Shown here piece after piece: positions 13,556 to 28,900 of a stretch of 64,000 bases of DNA. This DNA comes from Octopus vulgaris (Eukaryota), in NCBI GenBank assembly GCA_951406725.2, contig OX597827.1, positions 9,858,001-9,922,000 on the forward strand, read 5' to 3'. Position numbers and translations under genes: made by a program. Position 1 is the stretch's first letter, and each line of letters opens with the position of its first letter. The notes under the pieces were generated by a model. The model had not been told where the DNA came from. It worked only from the letters and a program-made list of their open reading frames with translations, and ran no database searches.

Positions 13556-14625
13556 TGGTTGTGGCGGTGCTGGTGATGGGGATGTTCCTGCTATGATAAG
13601 TGGTGATGTATCAGAGACATGTATCAACATTCTGACCACAGCACCACAAAAAAAAAAAAAAAAAAAATAATAATAAATTAATGTTTTCTCGATTAGAGTT
13701 GACTTCGGCGACACACCAATAAGAATACAAATGTAAATAAACCCAATCTGTTTCTTAAAGGAGGGACATATTCATACAGCACGGAATGTTGTTTACCTAA
13801 ATGGACTCCAGCGATTGGTTAAAATTGCCGAAATGCTCGAAATTTCAGACTAAATATCTTACAAACTATAGAATTTTCTCAATAAAACCAAGAGAAAAAT
13901 GATGTTTTATTAACACATTCTACCAGTATATGAAGTTTAAAAGTGTTTAAGTTAACTAGAAATTATGTTACAAAGTGCCGTTCAAAAGGAAAAGATCCTA
14001 AACAAAATATGTTTTAAATAAAAGAAATGATTCTCTACTAAAATTACGATATCTCTTTACTCTTTTAAAATTAAATTCCTTCTCAAGATTAGACGAACAT
14101 AAACGCACACACGCACACAACGCACACACGCACACAACGCACACACGCACACAACGCACACACGCACACAACGCACACACGCACACACACGCACACACGC
14201 ACACAACGCACACACACACACAACGCACACACGCACACAACGCACACACGCACACAACGCACACTCGCACACAACGCACACACGCACACAACGCACATAT
14301 ACGCTTGCGAGTGCACGTGCGTGTGTGTCTGAGCGCACACACTTACGTGTGTGCAATGACAACAAGTTGTCTCCCTTAGACCATAGATTATTTCTTTATT
14401 TTTTTACCCTAAGTTTGTAAAGTTTTCACTTTTAATCTTAATTGCAAATCCAGCCTCTTCATGTTCGTTCGACCTGTTAGAAACTGTAGCCAAATTTCAC
14501 TTTGAACAAAACTTGATTAATAAATACATTTATTTATTTATTTATGTGCCCTTTTCAAGCCTAGCAAGGCTCATGAGCCTGGTTTCCTGGTTTCTATGGC
14601 GTATGTGGTCCCCCCCCCCTCAGCT
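13556..14625 (+). repeat. Local segmental duplication, copy 2 (with 270-bp insert and expanded minisatellite)
   Basis: Matches 11371-11985 apart from the 13728-13998 insert and a longer (acgcacacaacgcacac)n array at 14103-14297. Confidence 0.9.
13728..13998 (+). mobile_element. Arm of a non-autonomous DNA element
   Basis: Absent from paralogous copy 1. Ends in tgccgttcaaaaggaaaagatcc; its first part is the reverse complement of 18430-18540. Confidence 0.7.
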
Positions 14626-16071
<1,446 letters not shown>

Positions 16072-16099
16072 TATATATATATATATATATATGTAAAAT

Positions 16100-16317
16100 C
16101 TTTTCTGCTAAGGGCACAAGGCCTGATATTTGGCAGGAGGGGACTAGCTGATTAAATTGAGCTCCATGTTTCATTGGCATTCAACTTATCGACCCCAAAA
16201 GAATGAAAGGTAAAGCTTGACCATGGCGGAATTTGAACTCAGAACACAGTGACGGGCAAAATACCTGCTAAGCATTTTCGTCCGGCGTCCCAACAATTTT
16301 CTGTCTGCTTCACACCT
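16100..16317 (-). mobile_element. SINE B, diverged
   Basis: atcgaccccaaaagaatgaaagg..ggaatttgaactcagaac. Confidence 0.75.
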
Positions 16318-16649
16318 TTGTGTGCGAGTGCATGTGTGTGTAATAAGAAGTAAAAGAGATTAATAGAACCAGACAGGTAAAGCACTCAGTGTTAAACGAA
16401 TTTGGTTTACTATATCAAACAATCAGACACCAATAAATACCAAAAAAAACAAAAATTAACATCTAAGATAATATAAGTAATATCGCTCAGAGGAATTTCA
16501 ACAAATTCAGAGTATAAGATAATAAGAATAAGACTGGAAAAAAATCACATCTTTAATTGGAGATTACACTCTACAATGCCAATCACCTGTCATCGGTGGT
16601 GTAATTATCAATTAGACATGTGGTTTTCTCCATTCTTATTCTTGTTGCT

Positions 16650-16650
16650 T

Positions 16651-16702
<52 letters not shown>

Positions 16703-16782
16703 CATATATATATATGTATATATATATATGTATGTTACATACATATATATATAAATATATATATATATATACATATATATAC

Positions 16783-16827
<45 letters not shown>

Positions 16828-16853
16828 TATATACATACACATATATATATATG

Positions 16854-16888
<35 letters not shown>

Positions 16889-17047
16889 GTGTGTGTATGT
16901 ACGTATATATATATATGTGTATGTATATATATATGTATGTATGTATGTATGCATGTATGTATATATATATGTGTATGTACGTATATATATATATATATAT
17001 GTATGTATATATATATATATATGTATGTATATATGTATGTATGTATG

Positions 17048-17109
<62 letters not shown>
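16650..17109. repeat. (TG)/(TA)/(TATG) compound microsatellite
   Basis: Read directly from the sequence. Confidence 0.95.
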
Positions 17110-17112
<3 letters not shown>

Positions 17113-17293
17113 ACAGTTTACAAAAAAAACAAAATACGAAGACAGGTGGTGTACAAAACAAACAGATGTATTAGTATAACGCTCAGGAATAGAAAAAGTC
17201 TTTTATGTTTCGAGCCTACGCTCTTCTACAGAAAGGGACATCGAAAAAAACAAGGAGAGAAAAAAATGTGTGTAGTGGCTAACAATCTATCAT
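17110..17293 (-). mobile_element. Short TA-embedded element with hammerhead-like motif (17200-17235)
   Basis: Reverse strand cttt-CTGTAGA-a-GAGC gtag GCTC-GAAAC-ATA-aaag; homologous to 38040-38208. Confidence 0.6.
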
Positions 17294-17324
<31 letters not shown>

Positions 17325-17329
17325 TGTGT

Positions 17330-17605
17330 GTGTTCCTTCTAGAGCCATGCCTGGCTCATAAGGACCGGTTTCCTGGTTTCCTTGGCGTACAGGTTCCCCA
17401 CCTGGATGGGATGCTGGTCTGTTGTAGGTGAGCTGCAAGAAGCAGGAGGAAAGAGTGAGAGAAGGTTGCGCTATTACCTTCTGCCGGAGCTGTGTGGAGC
17501 TTAGGTGTTTCATTCATAAACGCACACATTGCACGGTCTGAGATTCGAACCCACGATCCCTCGACTCATGAGTCCACTGCTCTACCCACTAGGCCATGTG
17601 CCTCC
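17330..17605 (-). mobile_element. SINE G
   Basis: gattcgaacccacgatcc B-box complement; gagcttaggtgtttc core; ggctcataaggaccggtttcc tail. Confidence 0.75.
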
Positions 17606-17627
17606 ACACACACACATATATATATAA

Positions 17628-18015
17628 TTGCACTGAACCTTTTAGATGAGATGACAAAAGACTAAGATATCTGGTGACTTCCTGGATTTTAGAAGACGCG
17701 TACTCCACAGCAGAAATGTTAAGGCCACTCCCTTTTGTTGGGAGGATTGGCCTACAAGAGTTCTGTGCTGGTGCCACATAAAAAGCACTTGTTCCAGTGC
17801 CACTTAAAAGCACTTGTGTGGTGCCATGTAAATCCACCCTGCACACTCTGTAAAATGGTTAGCATTAGGAAGGCTATTCAGCCGGGGAAACCATGCCAGA
17901 CGTGACTGGATTCTGGCGCAACTCTCCAGCATGCTAGCTCTGGTCAAACCACCCAATCCATGCTAGCATGGACAACAGATCTTAAATGATGATGACAATG
18001 ATGATGATGATGATG
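17628..18015 (+). mobile_element. Old RTE 3' end
   Basis: gagatgacaaaagactaagatatctgg matches the EMTRDRDLW region; family C tail and (GAT)n follow. Confidence 0.65.
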
Positions 18016-18409
18016 TAGATAGGGTTTTGATCCAAGCTGTGTCCCCTTGAAACACAATCTCCTTCAATGCTGTATGTAGATGTTGTATTTGTGTGAGATA
18101 TGCAAAAGAATTGAAAAATACTGGAAAATAGATTTTTTTTGTAGGGTCCTTATGTATGAATGCAGGATATTGGAAAAAATGATTTTGACATTATTTTTTC
18201 ACCATAAGTATTCGATTCTCCATCTGAATAATTTCTATTAGGAGATGCCGAAGATGTTTCTCCTCCATTTACACTTTTGTGACTCCTCTTAACAAATGCA
18301 ATACATACAATAATAGGGAATAAATAATACTAAAGATTTTTTTTCCAGTTGCCTCATTTGATACATACATGCATACATATATACATATAAACTCAAAGTT
18401 GATAAAGCA

Positions 18410-18699
18410 GATATTTGCTGTTGTTTTTCTTCAATTTCTGCAATTTCAACCAATCAATGACGTCTATTGAGGTAAAAAACCATTCTGTGCCGTATTAATA
18501 TGTCCCTCGTTTAAGAAACAGAATGGGTTTATTTACATTTGTGAAGAAAAAAAGATACCCTTTCTCCCACCCCTAATCCTAACCAACCCTAACCCTAAAA
18601 CAGATCGAAATGCAATAGATCGATACTAGAGTCATAATTATGGGTGACAATTTCGTATGACACCGCTAGAAAAAACTGCCGTTCAAACCGAAAAGGTCC
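18410..18699 (+). mobile_element. Other arm of the 13728-13998 element, with ccctaa repeats
   Basis: Shared internal segment in the opposite orientation; ccctaatcctaaccaaccctaaccctaa; ends tgccgttcaaaccgaaaaggtcc. Confidence 0.65.
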
Positions 18700-19950
18700 C
18701 ATTAAATAGATATCATTTTATTACTGGTCTTGTTTATTCGATCTATTGAAAGTAAATCTATCTTACAAGAAACAGTAACCAAATCTTAATCCTGATATTG
18801 TCACAGCTGCAATATATTTGGCTGTAGATAAGTTCTATCAGGACTAACCAAGGCGTTGGTAGACAGGAAGTAACATTTATTTTGGAGGAGTTATTTCCCT
18901 TACATCTGGACTTCTTAAAAACTTTAAACCCCTTATGTTATTCTTGTTGAAATACACTGTCATATTTGTTGGTGTATTTAAAGGACCTTTTCTCCAAAAA
19001 CATGTCTCAGTCCTATATGTGAGGTTGTTCTAAACATTACATGCTTTGATGCCTTAAAAACTTTTCCTTGAATATGTGCATTTGAAATAGGGGTGCATTT
19101 TATAATATGCCCATGTGTCTCTTATGCCATAGGATGCAGTAATTTTGTTTCAACTAATTATGAAAATAATGAAGAATTTATCAAAATAACTTAGTCATTA
19201 TTAAGCTGGTGCTTAAAACATTAAGTAGCATGAAATTTTAATCGAAAGTTTTTAAAATAATAATAATACTGAAATTATTGTATATAGTGTGTGTATGGAT
19301 GTGTGTGTGTGTGTCTATGTGTGTCTGTGTGTGTGCGTGTGTTCTGTGGTATTGTTCTGATTGTCTACTTTGTGTGAGTATTTGTTTTATTATTCTCTTA
19401 CTGTTTTCAGTCATTGAACTGTGGCCATACTGGGGCACTTCTTTGATGTGTATTAAACTTATCATCCCCAGTATTTATTTCAGTCGACATCTCCTGGCTG
19501 GATATGGCCAGATTAAATACTATAGGGCTAAGGATTCATGAAAAATTTTGCTCTTGATGTATTTATTGCAAGATACAGGTTTCTTTCTCCAACATTTTGC
19601 ATAATTCAAACTACACAAGTTAATGTATGATAAATAAAAAAGGAATTTCGAAAGAAGTATCTAAAAAACTAGTATTTAAGCATCGAATGGCTATTGGGAT
19701 CCACTAGGAATGAAAGGGATCCATAGGTAAAAACAATATTTGATTTAAATGAATGATTAACTTAAAGACAGATGTTGGGTGCAGATGTTGTGGCATTAAT
19801 GCTTTACCTAAGGGTAACAGTGGTATGAAACAGTACATCCAGACAGCCAGAAATTTTATAATTGTGAATTCTAAGAATGAGTTTACCGCCATCTGATCTT
19901 CAGCCCTAGGTTACTCATCAAATAGTGATAGTATATTCTGCTCACATATA

Positions 19951-20323
19951 GGTACAGGCATGGCTGTGTGGTAAAAAGTTTGTTTCTCAACTGCATTGTT
20001 TTGGGTTCATTCCCACTGCATGGCACCTTGGGAAAGTGTCTTCTTCTATAGCCTCGGGCCAACCAAATCCTTGTGAGTGGATTTGGTAGACGGAAACTGA
20101 AAGAAACCCATCGTTTGTGTGTGTATATGTTTGTCCCCCACCATTGCTTCACAACTGGTGTTGAAGCGCTTATGTCCCCATAACTTAGCAGTTCGACAAA
20201 AGATACCAATAGAATAAGTATGATGTTTAAAAAAAAATAGTACTGACGCTGATTGATTCGACTAAAACAACTTCGAGGTAGTGCCCCAGCATGGCCACAG
20301 TCTAATGACCGAAGCAAGGAAAA
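19951..20323 (+). mobile_element. SINE A, diverged
   Basis: ggcatggctgtgtggtaa..gggttcattcccactgc..gtgccccagcatggccacagtc. Confidence 0.85.
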
Positions 20324-20339
20324 GGTATATACCAGTGAC

Positions 20340-20480
20340 ATTGAGACTCATTTTCACAGCTGAGTGAACTGGAACAACATGAAATAAAGTGTCTTGCTCA
20401 AGAACATAACATACAGCCTAGTCCAGGAATTGAACTCACTACCTCATGTTTGTGAGCCCAACGATCTAACCACTGAGCCA
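20340..20480 (-). mobile_element. SINE E/F head
   Basis: actcattttcacagctgagtgaactggaac..cttgctcaagaacat..ccaggaattgaactc..taaccactgagcca. Confidence 0.7.
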
Positions 20481-20714
20481 TATGACCAGATATACACAGG
20501 CGTATATGACATATATGTATATGCATGAGTACGCAAATACGCTCATACATAAACATGCAGATCTACATTTGAACTTGCATGTTCACGCACAATGCTGCAT
20601 AAGTACACACACACACAAGAATGCATATTCATATACAGAAACAGTTAAACATTCCCCATACACATACACACACATATAGATAGACAGACAACCAGACAGA
20701 TGAATAGATAGATC

Positions 20715-21187
20715 AAAATCAAACCAAATCAAATCAGATATCAGAAAGCAGAACCAAAATCGAAGTCGATCAACATCAATGGAAATTGCAGCTGTGATAC
20801 CAGTGCTGGTGACAAGTAAGCGAACCATCCGATCGTGGCCATTGCCAGCGCCGCCCCAACTGGCCTCCGTTCCGGAGGCACGTAAAAAGCACCATCCGTT
20901 CGTGGCTGTTGCCAGCCTCACACCTGGCCCCCGTGCCAGTGGCACGTAAAAAGCACTGTCCGTCCGTGGCCGTTTGCCAGCTCCGTCTGGCACTTGTGCG
21001 GGTGGCACGTAAAAAGCACCCACTACACTCACGGAGTGGTTGGCGTTAGGAAGGGCATCCAGCCGTAGAAACACTGCCAGATCAGACTGGGCCTGATGCA
21101 GCCTTCTGGCTTCAGAGAACCCAGTTGAACTGTCCAACCCATCCTAGCATGGAAAGCGGACGCTAAATGATGATGATGATGATGATG
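20715..21187 (+). mobile_element. Family C (RTE 3' UTR) copy
   Basis: Repeated gtggcacgtaaaaagcac units, gttggcgttaggaagggcatccag, (GAT)n tail. Confidence 0.85.
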
Positions 21188-21254
21188 ATAGATAAATTTA
21201 TAGACAGGTAGATACATCGATAAACACACACATACACATAAACACATACATATA

Positions 21255-22136
21255 CAAGGTATGGTGAATAAACTGTCGCCTAAATTACGCAAAAATGAAA
21301 ATAACACTGAAATCCCATTTTAACATATATTTACCAAAATTATAAAAAAAATATCTTGAAATACTAAAGAGTAAATTTATTCAATAAATTCACCATTGGC
21401 TTCAGCCATGGTCTCTGGACAACTTTGGAATCTCCTGCAACTTTTCTGGATGGCCTCCTTGTTTAAGTTGGTGAAAGCTGCCATAATCCTTGCCTTCAGT
21501 TCAACTTTGGTGTTACAAGGAGTTTTGTTGGTCTCTCGCTCAACTGTACCCCACCCACAATAATTAAGGGGGTTGCAGTCTGGGGAGTTAGGTGACCAGA
21601 TGTTAGGGGTGATGTGGTCGCAGAAATTGTCTGACAGCTACGACTGGGTTCTCCTGCTTGTGTAGCATGGTGCAAAGTCCTGTTGCCAGAAATAGCGTCT
21701 TCCAGCAGCAACCTTCTTGACCCAGGGCAGCACTACCACCTCCAGGCACTTAATTGGGGCTTCTCTATTGAATCTGAGGCTGTGCAGGAAGATGAATGAA
21801 GGCATAACATTGCCATCACTAGTGATCACTCCAAACACCAAGATATTGACTGGATGTTTGATTTTTATCACACTTGGAACATGTCCTCAGACTGCACTGT
21901 CCTCAGATTGACACCTAAACACCCTGGAATGTACATGTTTGAGCTTCAGGCACAAATGCCAAGCAGTACAGTATGTCGTTTCCAAATTCCTGGCAGAGTG
22001 AATTGTGTCATAGTCCTTTTTTTCTTACAGATGGTGCCCAACTGACCCTACTATACTGTGTAGTCGACAAAATCAAAAACAAACAATGCACATGCACAAA
22101 ATTAGAATTATAAAATGGCGACAATTTACCCATCGC

Positions 22137-22142
<6 letters not shown>
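21255..22142 (-). mobile_element. Internally deleted Tc1/mariner DD37D (maT) transposon
   Basis: Degenerate ~26-bp TIRs (caaggtatggtgaataaactgtcgcc / ggcgacaatttacccatcgcacccta) with TA on each side and a transposase remnant inside. Confidence 0.85.
21377..22011 (-). pseudogene. DD37D transposase pseudogene
   Basis: KHPVNILVFGVITSDG..WQQDFAPCYTSRRTQS*LSDNFCDHITPNIWSPNSPDCNPLNY: 37 residues between the second D and the third (mutated D>N) position. In-frame stops; deletion near 21890. Confidence 0.85.
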
Positions 22143-22174
<32 letters not shown>

Positions 22175-22264
22175 TATAGATATACATATACATATCTATA
22201 TATACATACATACATACATACATAAATACATACATACATACATACATACATACATACATACATA

Positions 22265-22658
22265 GGCGCAGGAGTGGCTGTGTGGTAAGTAGCTTGCTTA
22301 CCAACCACATGGGTCCGGGTTCAGTCCCACTGCGTGGCATCTTGGGCAAGTGTCTTCTGCTGTAGCCTCGGCCCGACCAATGCCTTGTGAGTGGATTTGG
22401 TAGACGGAAACTGAAAGAAGCCTGTTGGATATATGTATATATATATGTATGTGTGTGTATGTTTGTGTGTCTGTGTTTGTTCCCCTAGTGATGCTGGTGT
22501 GTTTATGTCCCCGTCACTTAGCGGTTCGGCAAAAAGAGACCGATAGAATAAGTACTGGGTTTACAAAGAATAAGTCCCGGGGTCGAGTTGCTCGATTAAA
22601 GGCGGTGCTTCAGCATGGCCACAGTCAAATGACTGAAACAAGTAAAAGAGTAAAAGAG
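22265..22658 (+). mobile_element. SINE A
   Basis: Full head and tail, embedded in (TACA)n. Confidence 0.9.
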
Positions 22659-22780
22659 TATACATACATAAATACATACATACATATCTACATACATACA
22701 TACATACATACATACCTACATACATACATACCTACAAACACACACACATACATACATACATACCTATATACATACATACA

Positions 22781-22811
<31 letters not shown>

Positions 22812-23347
22812 GTACGTACATACATACATACATACATACATAATTACATACATAAATATACAGATACATGCATACATACATACATGCATACATACATACA
22901 TACATACATACATACATACATACATACATACATACATACATACATACATACATACACACATACATACATACAGATTGTTAGAAAAAGAATACACTAGTAA
23001 TCTCATTTATTTTTATATAATCTTCAAACTCAAGAGTGAAACATGCTTATATCCCTTTATTTTAAAATCTTTTCTTTGTATATAGTTTTCAATAACTGCA
23101 TTTTGATCAAAACATACAAACTTAAAAACAATAGACATGCATGCAGGAAAAAAAATATAGAATATGTGGTTTTTGATGTTGTTATTTTTCAGTTTTTTAC
23201 TTCATCTTGAAGGAATGGTGCAAAAGAATATTTTTAGGGAATGCAAAAGAAAATATTTTAAAATATATATATACAACTGCAAAGCATAAAACATACTCTA
23301 TCAACATGAGGATTTTTCTTTAAACATGCACACGCATTCTCTCAGTC

Positions 23348-23390
<43 letters not shown>

Positions 23391-23527
23391 CTCTCTCTCT
23401 CTCTCACACACACACAGACACACGCATTCACTCACGTACATGTGTACACACATGCAAAAAGAAGGAAGAAACTTTCTGTAGAATTAAAAGATTATCCAAA
23501 TACAAGAATAATTAAGTAATAAAATAC

Positions 23528-23656
23528 ATGATGATGATGATGATGATGAGGAGGAGGAGAGGAGGAGGAGAAGAAGAAGAAGAAGAAGAAGAAGAAGAAG
23601 AAGAAGAAGAAGAAGAAGAAGAAGAAGAAGAAGAAGAAAAAGAAGAAGAAGAAGGA
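23528..23656. repeat. (GAT)n-(GAG)n-(GAA)n microsatellite
   Basis: Read directly from the sequence. Confidence 0.95.
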
Positions 23657-23864
23657 GAGCAGCAACAATAACAATATAATAACAGGATCTTCTTCAGACT
23701 TGAAAAAACATTGGGGGTTAAAAAAAGATGGTCGTTGTTGAAAAGCTTGCTTGAGAAAATAATATTAAAAAAAAATATCTATATGCACACACACATACAC
23801 ACATTTACATACAGATATACTCTCTATATACATACATATACATGCACACACATATACATATATG

Positions 23865-23917
<53 letters not shown>

Positions 23918-23984
23918 GTATATATATATATATATATTCTTTGTGTCCTGTTTTTCATTTATTTCATTAGATACATATATATAT

Positions 23985-24032
<48 letters not shown>

Positions 24033-24085
24033 GTATATATATATATATATATTCTTTGTGTCCTGTTTTTCATTTATTTCATTAG

Positions 24086-24158
<73 letters not shown>

Positions 24159-24512
24159 TATGTGTGTGTATATATATATATATACAAAGGTCATACATGT
24201 CTCTATGTAGATGGAAATGACACAAGCAATGGCAACTACAAGCAGCGAGATCCAAAGTCTTTTTTTAAAAAGTTATCCTTGAAAAATCCATCTTGAAATT
24301 CTTTGTGAAAGAAAAAAAAGGCAGAATATGGCAGGATTAATGATTGGCTGTTTGAAAAACAGGAATGCAGTTGAATATGAAAAAAAAAAATTTTGTATGT
24401 ACATGTATAAAGGCATGTGTATGTGATTGTGCACATCGATATATAACACACATATAGGTATGCATGTATATCATCTTTGTGTGTTTATGATTGCATGTGT
24501 GTGTGTGCGAGT

Positions 24513-24920
24513 CTTTACTCTTTTACTCTTTTACTTGTTTCAGTCATTTGACTGCGGCCATGCTGGAGCACCGCCTTTTAATCGAGCAACTCGACCCCGA
24601 GACTTATTCTTTTTGTAAGCCCAGTACTTATTCTATCGGTCTCTTTTTGCCGAACCGCTAAGTAACGGGGACATAAACACACCAGCATCGGTTGTCAAGC
24701 AAAGCTAGGGGGACAAACACAGACACACACACGCATATATATATATATACATATATACGACGGGCTTCTTTCAGTTTCCGTCTACCAAATCCACTCACAA
24801 GGCTTTGGTCGGCCCGAGGCTATAGTAGAAGACACTTGCCCAAGGTGCCACGCAGTGGGACTGAACCCAGAACCATGTGGTTGATAAACAAGCTACTTAC
24901 CACACAGCCACTCCTGCGCC
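24513..24920 (-). mobile_element. SINE A, full length
   Basis: Close to the family consensus. Confidence 0.9.
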
Positions 24921-24936
24921 TGCATATAGTTTTGAA

Positions 24937-25169
24937 GGGTGGCGAGCTGGCAGAAACGTCAGCACGCCGGGCGAAATGCGCAGCCGTATTTTGTCTGTCG
25001 TTACGTTCTGAGTTCAAATTCCGCCGAGGTTGACTTTGCCTTTCATCCTTTCGGGGTCGATAAATAAAGTACCAGTTATGCACTGGGGTCGATATAATCG
25101 ACTTAATCCCTTTGTCTGTCCTTGTTTGTCCCCTCTATGTTTAGCCCCTTGTGGGTAGTAAAGAAATAT
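24937..25169 (+). mobile_element. SINE B, full length, with ~13-bp TSD
   Basis: tatagttttgaag on the left and tatagttatgaag on the right. Confidence 0.9.
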
Positions 25170-25245
25170 ATAGTTATGAAGAAATCAAAATGAAGAAGAG
25201 AGTGGAAGAAAGCAAGAGGTAGTAATACATATATTCATTCATTGA

Positions 25246-25635
25246 TCTCTTTTACTCTTTTTACTCTTTTTATCTGTTTCAGTCATTTGGCTGCGGCCAT
25301 GCTGGAGCACCGCCTATAATCGAGCAAATCGACCCCAGGACTTATTCTTTGTAAGCCCAGTACTTATTCTATCGGTCTCTTTTGCTAAGTTATGGCGACA
25401 TAAACACACCAGCATCAGTTGTCAAGCGATGTTGGGGGGACAAACACACACACACAAACACACACACATATACATATATACGATGGGCTTCTTTCAGTTT
25501 CTGCCTTCCAAATCCACTCAGAAGGCTTTGGTTGGCCTGAGGCTATAGTAGAAGACACCTGCCCAAGGTGCCACGCAGTGGGACTGAACCCAGAACCATG
25601 TGGTTGGTAATCAAGCTACTTACCACACAGCCACT
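25246..25635 (-). mobile_element. SINE A
   Basis: Matches the family consensus. Confidence 0.9.
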
Positions 25636-26033
25636 AAAGCATTTCCGATACTACTTGTCTCCTAAAATGCATAATTAGTGGGTAGTTTGGTGTTGATTAC
25701 TTTTGTCAATAATCAACACCGCTTTGTGCTTTTTCCATGTGATGCACAGAATATAAACCCATCTGCATGTGCGCATAGATACATAAAGGTCCACTGAATA
25801 GCTTCCATCAATCAAATTTACTCTCAAGACATCAGTAAGCTTAGGGCTGTTGTAGAAATTACCTGCCCATGGCACTGTACCCAGGACTGAACCCCAAAAC
25901 CACTTGGTTGAGAAGCAAGCTTTTCCTTGCCATACAACCGCACCTTCACCTTTGTGTGTGTGTGTGTGCATGTATATGCACACATCTGTTACCCTTTCAT
26001 TAGTGCATCTGAATATTACAGTTATGCACAAAC

Positions 26034-26380
26034 CATCATCATCATCGTTTAACGTCTGCTTTCCATGCTAGCATGGGTTGGAAGATTTGACTGAGGACTG
26101 GCGAACCAGATGGCTGCACCAGGCTCCAATCTTGATCTGGCAGAGTTTCTACAGCTGGATGCCCTTCCTGATGCCAACCACTCTGAGAGTGTATTGGGTG
26201 CTTTTACGTGCCACTGGCATGAAGGCCAGTCAGGCGGTACTAGCAACGGCCTCATTCAAATGGTGTCTTTTATGTGCCACCTGCACTGGCAACGACCTCA
26301 CTCGAATGTTTTTCACGTGCCACTGGCACAAGTACCAGTAAGGCGACGCTGGTAACGATCACGCACGAATGGTGCCTTTT
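26034..26380 (-). mobile_element. Family C (RTE 3' UTR) copy
   Basis: Very similar to 1541-1860. Confidence 0.85.
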
Positions 26381-26741
26381 AGAATGACATTGTTGGTGTA
26401 AGAAGCTGAATCTGGCCAGTTTGAATATAAAACAAGTAGACTATTTGGGCTGGATATGACTGGTTTAAATACTAACGGGGGTTAAGCAGACTACAGCTTG
26501 GTCTGTTACAGTGGAAACAGATACCAGTGTGTCTGGGGCTTCCAATTGGCTAAAATTACCCAAAATTTGCAAAAGTTTAAAAGCTATTAACTTTTTATTT
26601 ATTAATTTGTGGCAAGAATGAATTTCATTTTCATAATTAGCATACAAAGAACTGCATCAGAAAAAACCAAATGTGAAGGAAAACTGGAACAAAATTAAGA
26701 AAATAGGACACTGTAACAGCAACAGAAGAGATTCCAAAAGG

Positions 26742-27625
<884 letters not shown>

Positions 27626-28283
27626 ACACTGTGACAATGCATCAACCATTTGTTGGTGATTCCCTACTCTTGGCAGATGGGAGGAATTCAGGTTTAACCC
27701 CTCATAACTTTTATATTTTTAGGAATTTTCAGAAATCTTTTATGTGAATCAGTGTTCTAACAACACTGGAATTCACATGATTACGAAAAAAACAAATTTT
27801 TTTTCTTAATTTCTTAACCTCCACTTTCCCCATAAATCCTGAAAATTCCACTCTTTTTCCACCTTTTTTTTATTTTCGTTTTTAATCAGAGTCCAGAAAA
27901 TGGATGGTATAAAGTTTATTTTTGCTTAAATCCTTGCAATTGATCCCCTTGGGGGCATCATCATTCCATTAAATGTGTTTATGAGGAGAAAAATATTGAA
28001 AAACATCAATACATGTCGGAATAACAAAGAAACGAGGAAGGTATCAGGTGGTCGTGAGGTGTGCTAAAATAATAGCTAAATCGTCATTAGATCACTCAGG
28101 AAATTTTTCTTTCCTTTTTTTTTTTTGCATAATTGTATGAATTATGTGTAGAAACCGAATTCGCTAAAATTTTGTGCAAATTCCAGAATAAAACATGGTT
28201 ATGAGGGGTCCTATGGGGTACTTCAACCAGAATTCCACCGGCAGACGACACCCTTGCACCACTCAGACGACAACCCTCCAGCG

Positions 28284-28502
28284 CTGTGCTTTTCAAACTT
28301 TTTGCTGAAGCGGAACCCCAAGGAAACATTCCACTGGCTCGAGGAACCCCTGTGCAATAATTTAATTGTCTTATGCACACATATCTGCACAGGAGAATTA
28401 AAAATTACTGTCGATTTTAGCATTTTTGTAACTTCTTGCGGAACCCCTGGACTGTACTGGCGGAACCCTAAGGTTCCTTGGAACCCTGGTTGAAAACCAC
28501 TG
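28284..28502. mobile_element. hAT (Charlie-like) MITE
   Basis: TIRs ctgtgcttttcaaac / ggttgaaaaccactg; perfect 8-bp TSD ctccagcg at 28276-28283 and 28503-28510; repeated ggaaccc subterminal motifs. Confidence 0.9.
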
Positions 28503-28809
28503 CTCCAGCGTATGGGCCTGTCTAGGTAGTCGTTACTGGTAAGGGGAAAATCCTAACTGAACCTCTTTTAGTTGCCTTTTACGACACACAGAAGAAGCGT
28601 TGGATCTATTCTTTGGAAACGTTAAATTTTTCGCACTTCACTCTTGACTATTGACACTCATGTCTAAAAGGAGAAGACTGTATGCTACAGACACCTCGTA
28701 TTTCTATCTGTCCCATTCGGAAAGACATCCAGGACTCATAAAGATGAGAGTAAATTTGTATAAGTCCATTCAAGAGTTTTCAAAGGTAACTTGTCTCAAA
28801 ACAAAACAC

Positions 28810-28868
28810 AACACACACACACACATACTCTCTCTCTCTCTTTCACATACACTCTCTCTCTTTCTCTT

Positions 28869-28900
<32 letters not shown>

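Noticed and set aside
18570-18598. Interstitial telomere
   Set aside because: Only a few degenerate ccctaa units, internal to a transposon arm.
28670-28790. Possible exon MSKRRRLYATD.. ending at aag|gtaact
   Set aside because: No recognisable homology and no supporting neighbouring exons.
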